Shown here one piece after another: positions 1 to 11,380 of a stretch of DNA of 64,000 nt. The translations under genes and the position numbers were made by a program. Each line of letters begins with the position of its first letter. Position 1 is the stretch's first letter. The notes below the pieces were generated by a model that had not been told where the DNA came from, did not search any database, and worked only from the letters and a program-made list of their open reading frames with translations. The DNA comes from Marsupella aquatica (lineage: Eukaryota; Plantae; Marchantiophyta). The stretch covers positions 15,306,699 through 15,370,698 of the forward strand of contig OZ316894.1 of the NCBI GenBank assembly GCA_973895155.1, given 5' to 3'.

Positions 1-826
1 ACTTTCCAACACTCATCACGATTGCAATTAAGTTCACTGCGTATAGATATGTGTGTTCTCAACTTGCTCTTGTCAATATTTCATCACTAGAAGATACTGC
101 TTCCCTTGCAAACACTTGTATTGGTGCTTTCAAAATATTTTGTGGACGAGATCTGGAGAGCGACCAAGAGATCCACCAGCCAATCTTGACCCTTAGCAAG
201 GTTCAAAAATTGGTGTTAAATGTATTAGGGTCAGGGTGAATGCACCATATGATATTTAGGGTTAAGGGTTAAGGGCAAAGATGCATTGTAGATGTTCACA
301 GGGCTCTCAGGATGCGTTGGTAGCATTGCGTTTTAGATATTGTTTAGTGGGCAGATAGATCTTATTTTGTATCCTTTCAAAATAATATATTCCAAATTCC
401 AAATGATGTTATCAAATCTTGAAGACACTCTTCAAGATTTTGGCCAAACTCCAAGCCAACCTTAGAGGGGCTCTCCAAGATTTTGACCCAATTCCAACCC
501 AATCTTGGATAGCCTTGTCGTGCGCATACACATCGCTATACAACATACATCGCTTGTCACATACATCCAAACATAGTCACACTGCCACATCACAAACACA
601 AGAGAATGGAATACAAGTGGAACTCATGTCCACACATGTCCAAAACCCACAATCGCCCCCCTAGCTAGGAGTAAGGTCCCCTAACTCTAGCTAGCCATGA
701 GTTCTACAAGGTTGATATACACCTTTTTAGGTGTGAAGATCAGGAGGCCGGGTGCAAGTGAGCCCCATCGATCACCTACCTGCAATCCATATCTGCCAAG
801 AGAACACAAATGATAACTAGTCGGCT

Positions 827-1147
827 TCACCGACACTGAGGACACAACCATGATTCACTAGGAATCACCTGCAATGGTGGTGTCAAACATGACATGTGCC
901 ATCCTCTAGAACACTTATCACAAATCAACATAGTAGCTGCTCCCTGAGCAGATCCACACAACATACATTTCAAGCCAGCACGAACATGTGCCAAGCTTGG
1001 ATATACTGTACCATCAATGTTGGGAAGGTGACATGGTGCACAGTTGCGCTCATGGTCCTTCCAAACCATACCATCGCATCCCTCCAACATTAGGACACCA
1101 GAAGGCAACACTTCACGCACACGTAAGATTGTCCGGTCTGCAGTCAC
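827..1147 (-). pseudogene. C-terminal PHD finger of the polyprotein
   Basis: C4HC3 pattern CMLC...ICDKCSRGWHMSCLTPPL...WLCPQC, in frame with integrase across a TAG at 1172. Confidence 0.9.
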
Positions 1148-1171
1148 ATCAAGTGTCGTGGGTGCTGTCTG

Positions 1172-2110
1172 CTACAAATAAACATAATCACCAGGATAAA
1201 ATCGTCGAATGCTTGCACAGTAACCTCCTCCACGAATAGTGGCATACCTCAAAATATCACGATGTTGGGCAATGGCAAGGTTATCAAAAGCCATGGGCAT
1301 CACTCTCTGAAATACCCGTGCTCTCTCTGAACACACCTTGACCCAAACATCAGGATCATCCAAGTTCACAACTGGTGCAGCATCACGATGAATAGCTGCT
1401 GGCAAATCTGGCTCTCTACCATAGAGCAAAAAGTAAGGTGAGAAGGATGCAAGTGATGCTTGTCGACTGAAACGGTAGCCCATAGCTAACCAAGGTAGCT
1501 GGAGATCCCAATCTCCCAAATGACCAACCTGCAAGCCATACTTACGCAATCCTCTCTTCACAGTTTGCACAACTCTCTCAGCTAATCCATCTGCCTCAAG
1601 ATGATCACGAGAGGTAGTACGATGATCAATCAGAGCTTGCTCACACAAATTCCACTCCACGGAACTGAGTTCCCTGATCAGTCAATACCTCAGCTGGTGC
1701 TCCAAAATGACTGAGTACACGATCCAAAAATGTAGCAGCAACTCCTCCACTGGCTTTATCTGGCAATGCCACTAGCTCAATCCACTTGGAGAAGTGCTCC
1801 ACCATGACCAAAACATATCGATTATGACGTTGGGTAAGAGGTAATGGACCAGCAAAATCCAAACTCCAACGATATCCCAAACCCATGATCGGCAACGGGT
1901 GCAACTGGGGAGTGGGAGCATTAAATGATGCTCTCACTCTATCACATACCACACACTTAGCTATCAACTGCTGGACATGAGTGTGCATACCACGTCACCA
2001 ATACTGTGTCTGCAGCAAGCTATAAGTGCGCTTCACACCAAAGTGCCCCAACTCCTCATGTGCATGTCGCACCAAATGGACTCATTGTGATGGTTTTGGT
2101 ACCACCAACA
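1172..2110 (-). pseudogene. Integrase (HHCC zinc finger plus DDE core), frameshifted near 1650
   Basis: HAHEELGHFG...CVVC, WSLDFAGPLP, LTDQGTQF, ADGLAERVVQTVK, SPYFLLYGREP. Confidence 0.92.
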
Positions 2111-2411
2111 CCCTACCGTCATGCAGTACTCTTAAAAGATGGTTTCCCTCCCATCGAAACCTCTTGGCTCTCTGTAGAACCCTATCACGTTCTTTGGCAT
2201 CAACACTGCCAACAATAGAACCACTACGCAAATATTCCAACACTCTCACATCATTGTGAATATCTTGCTATCCAGAAGTTACCTCACCAACATCCACATC
2301 TGAAGACTCATCATCCACTCCATCCAATGAGGTAGAGTCCACAGATCCACTGTATGCTGGCACCCAACAAAGAAAGGCAGATGCATGCCATCCTGGCACC
2401 ATCTCCTTATC

Positions 2412-3704
2412 TTACTCATCATGCCATCTGGCTCCAGTCTCATCCTGCTGACTGGTACATGGATTGCGGCTTAATCCATCTGCATCCAAGTTCACTTTTC
2501 CAGGCCTATGCACCACCTGGAAATCATACTCTTGTAACAACAATGCCCATTGTGCAAGCTTCCCTGTAAGCTTGTCAGACTCCATTAACCACTTAAGAGG
2601 CTGATGATCAGTGATCAAGGTAAAGGGGTTATCAAACAAGTAGCAACAAAAGTGTGCAACAGCCCACACTGCTGCCAAACACTCTCCCTCATAAGAGCTA
2701 TACTTAGCCTCTGCTGAATTGTTTGATCTACTGGCATAAGCCACAATAAACTCATTCCCCTCATCATCCTTTTGAGTCAGCACTGCTCCAAGTCCTACTC
2801 CACTCCAATCAGTGTGTAGCTGAAATGGTCTGCCTGAAATGGGTCTTCTCAAAATAGGGGATGATGTCAACCTTTGCTTCAACTCCTGAAAGGCATGCTC
2901 CTGGTCATCACCCCAAATCCATTCCTGATCCAACTTAGTGAGTATGGTCAAAGGTTTAGCAAGCTGGCTAAATCCTTTAACATACCTCCTGTAGTAGCTC
3001 GCCAATCCCAAGAATGCACGAACTCTACTCACATCAGTAGGACAAGGAATCTGTGTAATGGCCTCCACTTTAGTCTGCTGTACACCCAATCCCCCTGGGT
3101 ATATAGTGTGGCCCAAATACTCAATCTGGTCTTGGAAGAACTTACACTTGCTAGGATGGAGCTTCAACCCATGTGCTCTCAATCTCTCCAACACAATCTG
3201 CAAGTGCTGCTGATGTTCTTCCATAGTAGAAGAATAGACCAAAATATCATCAATATAACATCTGACAAAATCCAAACCTGCAAGGATTCGATCCATGACT
3301 CTCTAGAACTCAGCTGGTGCATTCTTCAACCCAAATGGTAAGAATAACCATTGATACAAATGATCTTTGCCATAAGAATCAATCCCCCATAATGATGTCT
3401 TAGACCTGTCAGCATGCCTAATTGGAAGCTGATGGTACCTTGCCCTCAGATCCAATGAACTGAAAACCTTTGCATGCCCCACAGCATCAAAGATCTCCTC
3501 AGGTGTGGGCATGGCATATCTATCAGATTTTGTCTGGCGATTAATGGGTCTGTAATCACCACACATGCGCCTATCTGTGTAATTGCCTTGCACATCCTTC
3601 TTGGCTGGCATCATTGTGGCAGATGCATACTCCCCATATGAAATCTCCACTAATCCAGCCTCCAACAAATTTTGAGTTCTGCTTTGAATGAGAGCTCTCT
3701 CCAT
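2412..3704 (-). pseudogene. pol: Reverse transcriptase and RNase H (gypsy type)
   Basis: RMCGDYRPIN, LPFGLKNAPAEF*, YIDDILVYS, RAFLGLASYYRR, HTDWSGVGLGAVL, TDHQPL, DADGLSR. Confidence 0.95.
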
Positions 3705-4115
3705 GTCACTATAACGGTATGGCCTACGAAAGATTGGCGCATCACTAGCTAATTCAATCTGAATACCAGGACCCTTTCATGTCCCCAAATCCTTCATGCT
3801 AAATGCAAAACAATTCCAGTAACTCTTCAAGAATCGATGCATGCGACGTCTCTCCTCCCCTGTCAACTTAGGGCCAAGCTGTGGTTCCCAACTCTCCACC
3901 AAATCCCTAATATCTCTTTGTAGGGTAGAAGAGATAGCCGATGATTGCTATTTAGCAGTAGATTGAGCAGTCCCTTCCTACTCAACAATCTATCCAGCCT
4001 TGGCCAATCCTGCCATAGATCCATGGACTGTCTGCTCATCCCCAGCTGTGGTCAGTACTGTCTCAGTGGACCGCAAGCTCACCAAGGAACAATCAGTAAT
4101 TCCAGCAGAGCACAT

Positions 4116-5210
4116 TCACAACTGTTCAGCTACTCCCAAGCTGATAATCCAAGTCAAACAATTTAGGTCCATTGCTTGACCAAGAACCTGGCGCCGCAAA
4201 CCCTCTGACACAGAGGCAACTACAGTGGTGCCAGTCAAAAATCCCATAGCATGCTCTCTCTCATCAGCAATAGGTTCCACTAACTGCTGGAGAGCTGTGT
4301 CCCACACAAGTCCAGGGCCACCTGCTCTGAATACATATGAAGCAGAGTGGCTTACAAGAGTGGGTAATGCACAACGTGGGCACCCAATTGTATTGACCAT
4401 TGCCAATGGAGGTCTATCAGGTTGGGTCAAACCCTGTGCACGATGCCCTGGATCCAAAATATCATCCACTACTAAGGCTGGTGAGCGTGGAATGCTGTCA
4501 AATGCACGCTTCAACACCTCACATGGGATCAAATTAGTCCACCACAAGCGTGGACGATGTGCATGAGAACCCACACGTGCAGCATCCAATAACACAGGTC
4601 CAATCCAAGACCTCACCTGGCGAACACTGGCAACAATCCAACTATGATCATCACCTAACAATGGCACATTCTCCAAAATGTATGCTGGAGACTGTGTCTG
4701 ATGTAGCTGGAGATGATGCAGCACCCGCAACATCTCCCAAAACAATGCAGAGCGTGGATCATGAAGTCCATGCCCAACGCCAGCTCTAGATTGGCCCTAA
4801 CATGGCCAACCAGCAATCACCAAATCAATGGGGCCAACACGATGCAGATGATCTGCCCCCAACAATGAAATATCAGCAGGTAGTGCATGCTGATAACCAC
4901 GAACAGCATCCATTGGCAGCAACTATGGATGTCTATCCACCAACATAGCCACATGTCGCAATGAGACCCTCCGTGCTGTCTCATCTGTCTCCACATACAA
5001 ATAACGACGCACAGGAATTCTTGCCTGAAGAACAGCAACCAATCTAGTGCTAATCCCACCAAAAAGATCCAACAAGCAAATACCCTCCGGTGGATACTGC
5101 CAAGCAATAGGAGTGGTATCCAATGGTGAAAGAGTCACAGGTCCATCTGCACGAGACTGCTCTACTCCTGACTGTGGTGTAAAAGCATGACGCCATACAT
5201 CATGTACCAA
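4116..5210 (-). pseudogene. C5 cytosine DNA methyltransferase domain (DNMT3/bacterial-like) inside the gypsy polyprotein
   Basis: Motif I LLDLFGGI; motif II YLYVETD; motif IV IDLVIAGWPC*G (read through the stops at 4923 and 4797); GLHDPRSALF; motif VI YILENV; motif VIII HRPRLWWTN; motif IX EREHAMGF; motif X RRQVLGQAMD. All in one frame and in canonical order. Confidence 0.92.
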
Positions 5211-5222
5211 TCGTGCTGCTGC

Positions 5223-6254
5223 CTATGACAAGGCCTGTGCGCTGCCCCACACTGGTGGCACAACACTGCCAATAGATAATCTTTGCATGATGTGCTCCTC
5301 ATGAGACTCCTCCAATGGTGGAACATCTACTGCATGTGCATTACCCTCAAGCAAATCATCAGGTCCAGCAATTACACCACTGAATGCTGCCAAAGACAAT
5401 GGTGTGGATTTAGGGCCTCCCACAAGTCCACTAAATCTCACTGGCAATTGGCTCAATCGAGCATCTCCTAACTGCCAATCAGGTCTATATGACACTGATT
5501 CCTCCCAAAAATCAAGAATAAATCCCATGGGGTAGAGCACTGTACATCCCACCAACACATCATATGACTCTACCTTAGTCAGAATAGCTCGCGCCTGTAT
5601 CTGTGAGCTATCTGTGGTATGACCTTCCTGAATCCTCAAATCAAGAGGTCTCCTGGTAATGTGTTGTGTAGGTGTAGGTCCCCCCAATGAAGTCTGAATG
5701 GGAAAGGGACAATCCTCGAAATCCTCTGGACGCAATCCCAATCCACGTATGGTAGACTTTCCCAACATCAAGGGTTGAGCACCAGTATCCAGTAACACCC
5801 TCTCTGGCTGGTATACTGCTCCAGAAGGCCCAACTAATCGGAAGATACCACTCCGATTATCCAATGATACAACACTAGGTTTAAACCTAGTCCTCTCAAA
5901 TGTAGGGCGTGCTGGTAAATCCACCAATCTTGTTGCTGCTGCATGCCATGTCTCACTAGTAGTAGTAGGTGGCATGGTCTTCACTGCTTCAACACTGCAA
6001 GCTGCTTCTACATGGGAAGCAACCACTGGAGTGTCCTCACAGAGTGTAGCTGCCAATCTGAACACTTTTGCAGGACCAACTCCCAAGTTTAGCATGTCTG
6101 TTGCTAAAAATAATAGGGTGCGTACCATGGTAGTAGCCGCCCCCAGCAGGGTACCTATCATCCCTGCTGCATCACTACCTGATTCTGCCAACTTATCCAT
6201 GCTAGGGTTTGTCCAAATCAGGTTCATAGAGACAGTCTGAACTGTCTTTGACAA
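5223..6254 (-). pseudogene. Aspartic protease region of the polyprotein
   Basis: VLLDTGAQP catalytic motif and YDVLVG motif; same frame as the downstream DNMT and RT segments. Confidence 0.85.
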
Positions 6255-6278
6255 TGTAAAAGACTGAGGAAGCTTTGT

Positions 6279-7926
6279 CTACCGACGTGCATCCCCCCTC
6301 TGTGGATCTAACTCCACTACTGCTCCTTGGGGCTCAAGAGCTTTGGCTTCCCCACATGTCAAAGCTGCTGATGCATCAATATGTGCAGTGCCACACATGA
6401 ATCCCATGGTGGCAAGGTCTCCATCAGCTCCATAAGATGTGGAAGGACCATGGGATGTGGAAGGTCCATAGGATGTAGATGCCCCATCACCAGAATTAGG
6501 TCTCACCTGGGAACTAGCCATGGCAGCTAGTTGTTGCTCCAATTGAGCAATCGTAGCATCCTTTGGATCTATGGTTACAACAGGGGCAGCGTCACCTCCC
6601 TGTCTCCCTGCATGTGGCATGCCACGACCACGTCCACCACCTCTACCTCCTCCTCCTCTTCCCTGATCATGTGTACGGGATCCTCCTCTCCGTAACTCAG
6701 GGTGGAGTGAGAAACACCTATCTTTGGTGTGTCCAAGAGCTCCACAGTGATCACACTGTCGCTGATCAGGCGCTGATGCTCCCCCTGATCCTCTATGATC
6801 TGGGCAATATCTCTGTGCATGATCCCTACCACAGGTCCAACATCCTGACTACTGTCCAGCATAAGAGGGCACAGGTCTCTGGCTGGTAGACTCTCGTGTA
6901 GTAGGCTTCTCCCTCTGGCTCTTCCGTGTAGTAGGCTGTGGTGTGGATGTAGATGCAGCCTTTGGTGCTTCCTTGGCAAATCCGGAAGTCACTACCTTCT
7001 CATTCACCATATTGAGCTCAATGCGCTCAGAAAGGGTAAAAACAACTGCTAATGTGGGATCTGCATCCCTAAGTAGAGTGACATCTCTCACTCTACGTCG
7101 CAATTCTCTATCCAGAATTGCATACCAAAACTGGACTGCCTGAGCCTCTGTCACTCCCTTGGTGACAGTGATCAATCTGCGCATACGAGTGTATGCCTCA
7201 CGTAGACTCTCTCCAATCTTGCGCTGGAACTCCTGGAGACCCTTCAACTTATCAGTTCTCACACCCTGATAGTTCTGCTTCAGTACCTCAAAGAATTCCA
7301 CCACAGGGTTAAATGCTGGCGCAACTCCAATTCCTGTCATAATCACACCGGCAGGAGTAGCGATGGATGTTGCTGGTGGATGGTGTGCCACTTTGGCTAG
7401 TGCTGCTAGAAGAAGCAGCAACTGTGGCAATGGGTTGGGCAGCCGCACTAGTGCCATAGGTGATGGACACATAATTAGGCGACCAATGCTGCCTCCATGC
7501 CTCAATCTCAACCAAATGAGCCTTCCGAAACTCATGGTAGTCATCCATGGGTGGCCCCTCCAAATGCTGAAATAATCCCTTCCATGCCATGAAAGGGGTA
7601 AACAATGTGGCGTTACGCAATGTCTGCATATCGCACCACGTATCAAACTCCTGGATGAAGTCATCCAGATCAATCGTGCCAACTGCACCAGAGTATCGTC
7701 GTGTGCCCTTTGTAGCCCCGTACATCTCGTCCATATCCCACAACAAAGGTGCAACCACCTGATGATGAGGAGAACTGGTCATTGAGTCCTCATCATAATC
7801 ACTGTCTGAAGCTGCACTGTTGACTGCTACCAATGCCGTTGGCCAAAACTGTGCCCCACTCCGAGTGAAACCGGTCCGTCGTCCATCGGGTAATCCAGCA
7901 GCACCAGAAGAATCCGTGGTGACCAA
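6279..7926 (-). pseudogene. gag: Gag with two zinc knuckles (one frameshift, in-frame stops)
   Basis: Retrotrans_gag-like QRKIGESLREAYTRMRRL. Reading through the stop at 6849 gives CWTCGRDHAQRYC and CDHCGALGHTKDRC, then an RGG-rich tract. Frameshift near 7350. Confidence 0.8.
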
Positions 7927-8496
7927 CCCTAACCTAATCTATGTGCTAACCCTAAGGGCAATCTATCCCTATCAGCACCACAAGCACTCACCATGGTGTG
8001 TTGGGCATCACTCCAACATCACCAATAGAGAAATACACAGCACACTAGAATGTCCGGTTGCAAACCCGGATCACTCCTATGGAATCAAGCGCCCATACCG
8101 AACCAACATGGCGCATAAACAAGAAACAAGTGTGGAGAGGATCCAATCAACAAGAATAGTCAAACACTAACTCTCCACACCAAGAGTGATCACACATTGA
8201 TCAAACAAATATTCATAATGTTCAATGAAAGGCCTTCATAATAGGCTTCATGATGTCCCAATGTTATAGATGAGAAACCATGCAGAATTGGTTCAATCTG
8301 TGTATTTAGATGAACTCAGAACTATCAAAAACCTCTAAAGAGCCTCTGATTTGGCCCAAAACAAGGCTCTAAGCAAACCGGAAAGTGTATAAAGCCCCCT
8401 GGCGCTTGAATCTAAACAACAAGTTGTGAAAACTTGTGTGTACACAAGGTGGGATGAGAACTTTCCAGTTAAGCGCTTGCGGCTGGGAATAACCTC

Positions 8497-8655
8497 GGGA
8501 TGGGTGACCTCCTCGCGCTCGACCTCGTGTCTCCCCTCACGCTCACGACCCAGAATAGCCCCGGGATGGGTGACCTCGACCTCGCGCCTGCTTGCGCTCG
8601 CGATGGGTGACTTTGCACTCGTGGTTGGGAGCACTTTCGGGATGGGTGACCTCAC
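8497..8655. repeat. Four dispersed copies of gatgggtgac(ct) in an LTR-like non-coding region
   Basis: Motif visible near 8499, 8564, 8602 and 8640. Confidence 0.6.
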
Positions 8656-10988
8656 GCGTCGCCTTATGCGCGCACAGTTGTGTGTGTACACAAAACAGAA
8701 GTCGTCGGGCTCAAAAATGGCAACATTTGCCACTCCAAAGCAACATTTTCCTTCACAAAAACGGCAACATCAATGGCTCTCGACCTCTGCAAACCTGTCG
8801 CGCACGGTTCTGGGATATTTCGCGAGCGTCCCTTGACAATAAAACACTGCGAGCACTCAAAATTCCAACAGATCTGTCCACAAAACAGCAGTGCGATATA
8901 AGCAGCAACCTTCGGCCATCTCTTTCCAGATCTAGACTCCGACTCAATCCGGATCCAGATCTAGACCAGATCCAGATCCAACAACGTTCAAGCTTGGCCA
9001 AAACCAGATCAAATAGCAACAGAGTACTCAAACAATATAACTAATGATTCAAGAAACATGCATCCGCGTCAAACACAAATCCAATTGATTCGAGCTACCA
9101 CGAACCGTCACCGTCAACGACAAACTCAGACTGAGCTTCTGTCCGCACAACAAAGTTTGAAGCTCATGATCTTTCAATGTAATCTCCATACAATCGGCAC
9201 AACGATCCCGGTCAACAATACCCCATCGATCCTGCACCGATCCGATCACACACGTATGTCAAGCCAACAGACCTTGCACTACTCAAGGATTCCACGTTAC
9301 ACAAACGGAGCTCACAGCCACCATAGCCACACTCAAGCTCCTCTCTCTCCAAGGCTCAACATTGAAAGATGACCTTTCAATGCCTCACAAGTGAGAAGTA
9401 CCCTCTCACACAAACCTGACAAAACCTTATCGGCTCATATAGCACACATACCAAACATACAGATCTAGATAGTACGATACACTCTAACACTACCTAGAAT
9501 GGTGTGACAGCCTCTCCAAGCAAGTCTCCAAGATTCTGTCCAACTCCCAAAATCAGTCAATCTGAGATACCACCCAATCTTGGGGAGCCTCTCAAAGATA
9601 TAGAGGCTTTTTTAATCAATTTATATAGAGGCTCTCTGAGATCCATACCCTCTTGCGGTGGATACAATCAATGTTGGACAGGTGAGGCTTGCAAGATTGA
9701 AACAAAATAGGGCGTCAATCTTGAAGAGGCCTCCAAGATCAACTAAATAAAGGGTGGTCTTCTTGAAGAGGCCTCCGTGATTGTCCAAAAATATGCTGAT
9801 GATTGATATCAGCCATTGACAACTGATGGAATTGTTCCTCTCCAGATGATGCCATTGTTGGAATAGCTGCTATGCGTGGAAGATTAAGAATGCGGTCTAT
9901 TGGGTGGAAGATTAAGAATGCGGTCTATTGGGGATGGATGGTCGACTATAGACAACTGCTGGAAGGACCTCCCTTTGTGATGGCACAACCTACAGGGCTT
10001 CATAGCTGAGCACCGGTCCTGCACATCTTGCGGATACCCGGTTCTGAACCTAAAATCCCCCGCTTGCCTCTACCGGGGGGTGCACTAAATACTAACTAGT
10101 AGCCGTGCTTGAATCTAATCTACCCTAACTTCTGCTAACTATCAGGTCAAAAAAAGGCGTGTCTTATTCTAAGATTCTATGCTAAAGGGGGTCGGTCGGA
10201 TAGGACAGCGTCGCTAACTAGTTTTGGCGCTTGTCCCCAACGTTTAACCTTCCTGACTAAACCTAACTCTATTCTAAACTTGCTCTATTGCTAATGTTTG
10301 GCACGCTTGCCAAACCCACCCAAGTTGGACTTGGAGCGGCCGTCCCGCTATCTCCTCAACCGGTCTACGTCCTGCTTGAGTAGCTAGACTTGGTCTAGGA
10401 GGGACTTGTTCTCTTGCTTTGCCGCATCCGTCTCCTCCGTGGCCTCCAGACACGCCTCTTTCGGGTATAGCGATGGAGACAGGAAACAGGTAAACAGGAA
10501 TTTTTTTTCCTGTTTTTAATATGTTGTTACCAGGAAAAAATCACTGTTACCAGGAAAAATGACAATTTAAAAATATCTTCTAAAACATGTTATTTCCAAA
10601 AAAGATTAACAATGCAACATTTTTGGCTAGCTTTGGGCGCTACTATTAGCAGTGTCGGGCGCTAGCAAAAAAAATTGGTCGACCAAAGAAAAAAAAATTC
10701 AAAAAAAATTCAAAAAAAATTTCCACCATTTTCCTGTTACCAGTTTTTTTTCTGTTACCAGTTTCTGTTATAAAATCCTGTTTCTTGTTTGTTGTCTTTT
10801 GTAAACACCTCCCTCTTCCAACTGCTGGGCGTCGCTCGTCAGCTGCGCCACCAGTTGGTCTTGCTTAGTGGCTTCTTGTAGAAGCCGTGCCACTTTCGCT
10901 TTTAGGGCGTCCACCTCGGCTGCATCTCTTTGGGCCCAAGCGCCGGCCTCCTCCATATCTTTATGCCAGATGATGACTTGCCCTTTAT

Positions 10989-11273
10989 CAATAGTTTCAC
11001 TAATTCTGGAATATTATTAACGATTTGGAAATTTCATAACAACTTTTTGGAAATTTAAATCAACTAAATTGTAGATAAATAAGAGACTTATCAATATCAT
11101 ATTTGAAAGTTTTTGATCAAGATATATGAAGCTTAACAAGCTACTCCTAATAAATCTATGCATAACATACAATGTACTCTAGAACTCAAGTTATTGGGAA
11201 AAGAATAATTGTTGTTGGAAATTTCATGATCAAAAATTGGACAAAAGAATGTCCATAGTTAGTGAAATCACTG
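10989..11273. mobile_element. AT-rich MITE-like insertion with imperfect ~30-bp TIRs
   Basis: Left end caatagtttcactaattctgga matches the reverse complement of the right end, cagtgatttcactaactatgga. It interrupts GC-richer coding remnant. No clean TSD. Confidence 0.6.
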
Positions 11274-11380
11274 ATCTTTCAAGTTGTCAATCTAGGTCCG
11301 GAGCCGTGAGATCTCGGCGTCCTTTCCAGCTCTGGCTTGCGCGGCCAAGGCTATCTTGGCTTCAGCGTTGGTGACTTGGG

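Larger units (their letters stand above)
1..7990 (-). mobile_element. Degenerate Ty3/gypsy LTR retrotransposon encoding a DNA methyltransferase and a PHD finger
   Basis: Gag-PR-DNMT-RT-RH-INT-PHD order on the minus strand. PPT-like aggggggcga (654-663) followed by tgtggg marks a probable 3' LTR start at 651. The 5' LTR was not resolved. Confidence 0.88.

Noticed and set aside
255-275. Telomere-like tttaggg/aaaccct motifs (also near 20716 and 50500)
   Set aside because: Only one or two degenerate units; such telo-box motifs are common in plant LTRs and promoters.
8000-9950. Candidate 5' LTR of the DNMT gypsy, or a solo LTR
   Set aside because: LTR-like composition and faint resemblance of 9500-9780 to 410-510, but no matching terminus to position 651, no TSD and no identifiable PBS.
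10465-10805. A/T-run-rich insertion with aacaggaa/ttcctgtt motifs, possible hAT-type element end
   Set aside because: Only one plausible terminus and no TSD; too weak to call.
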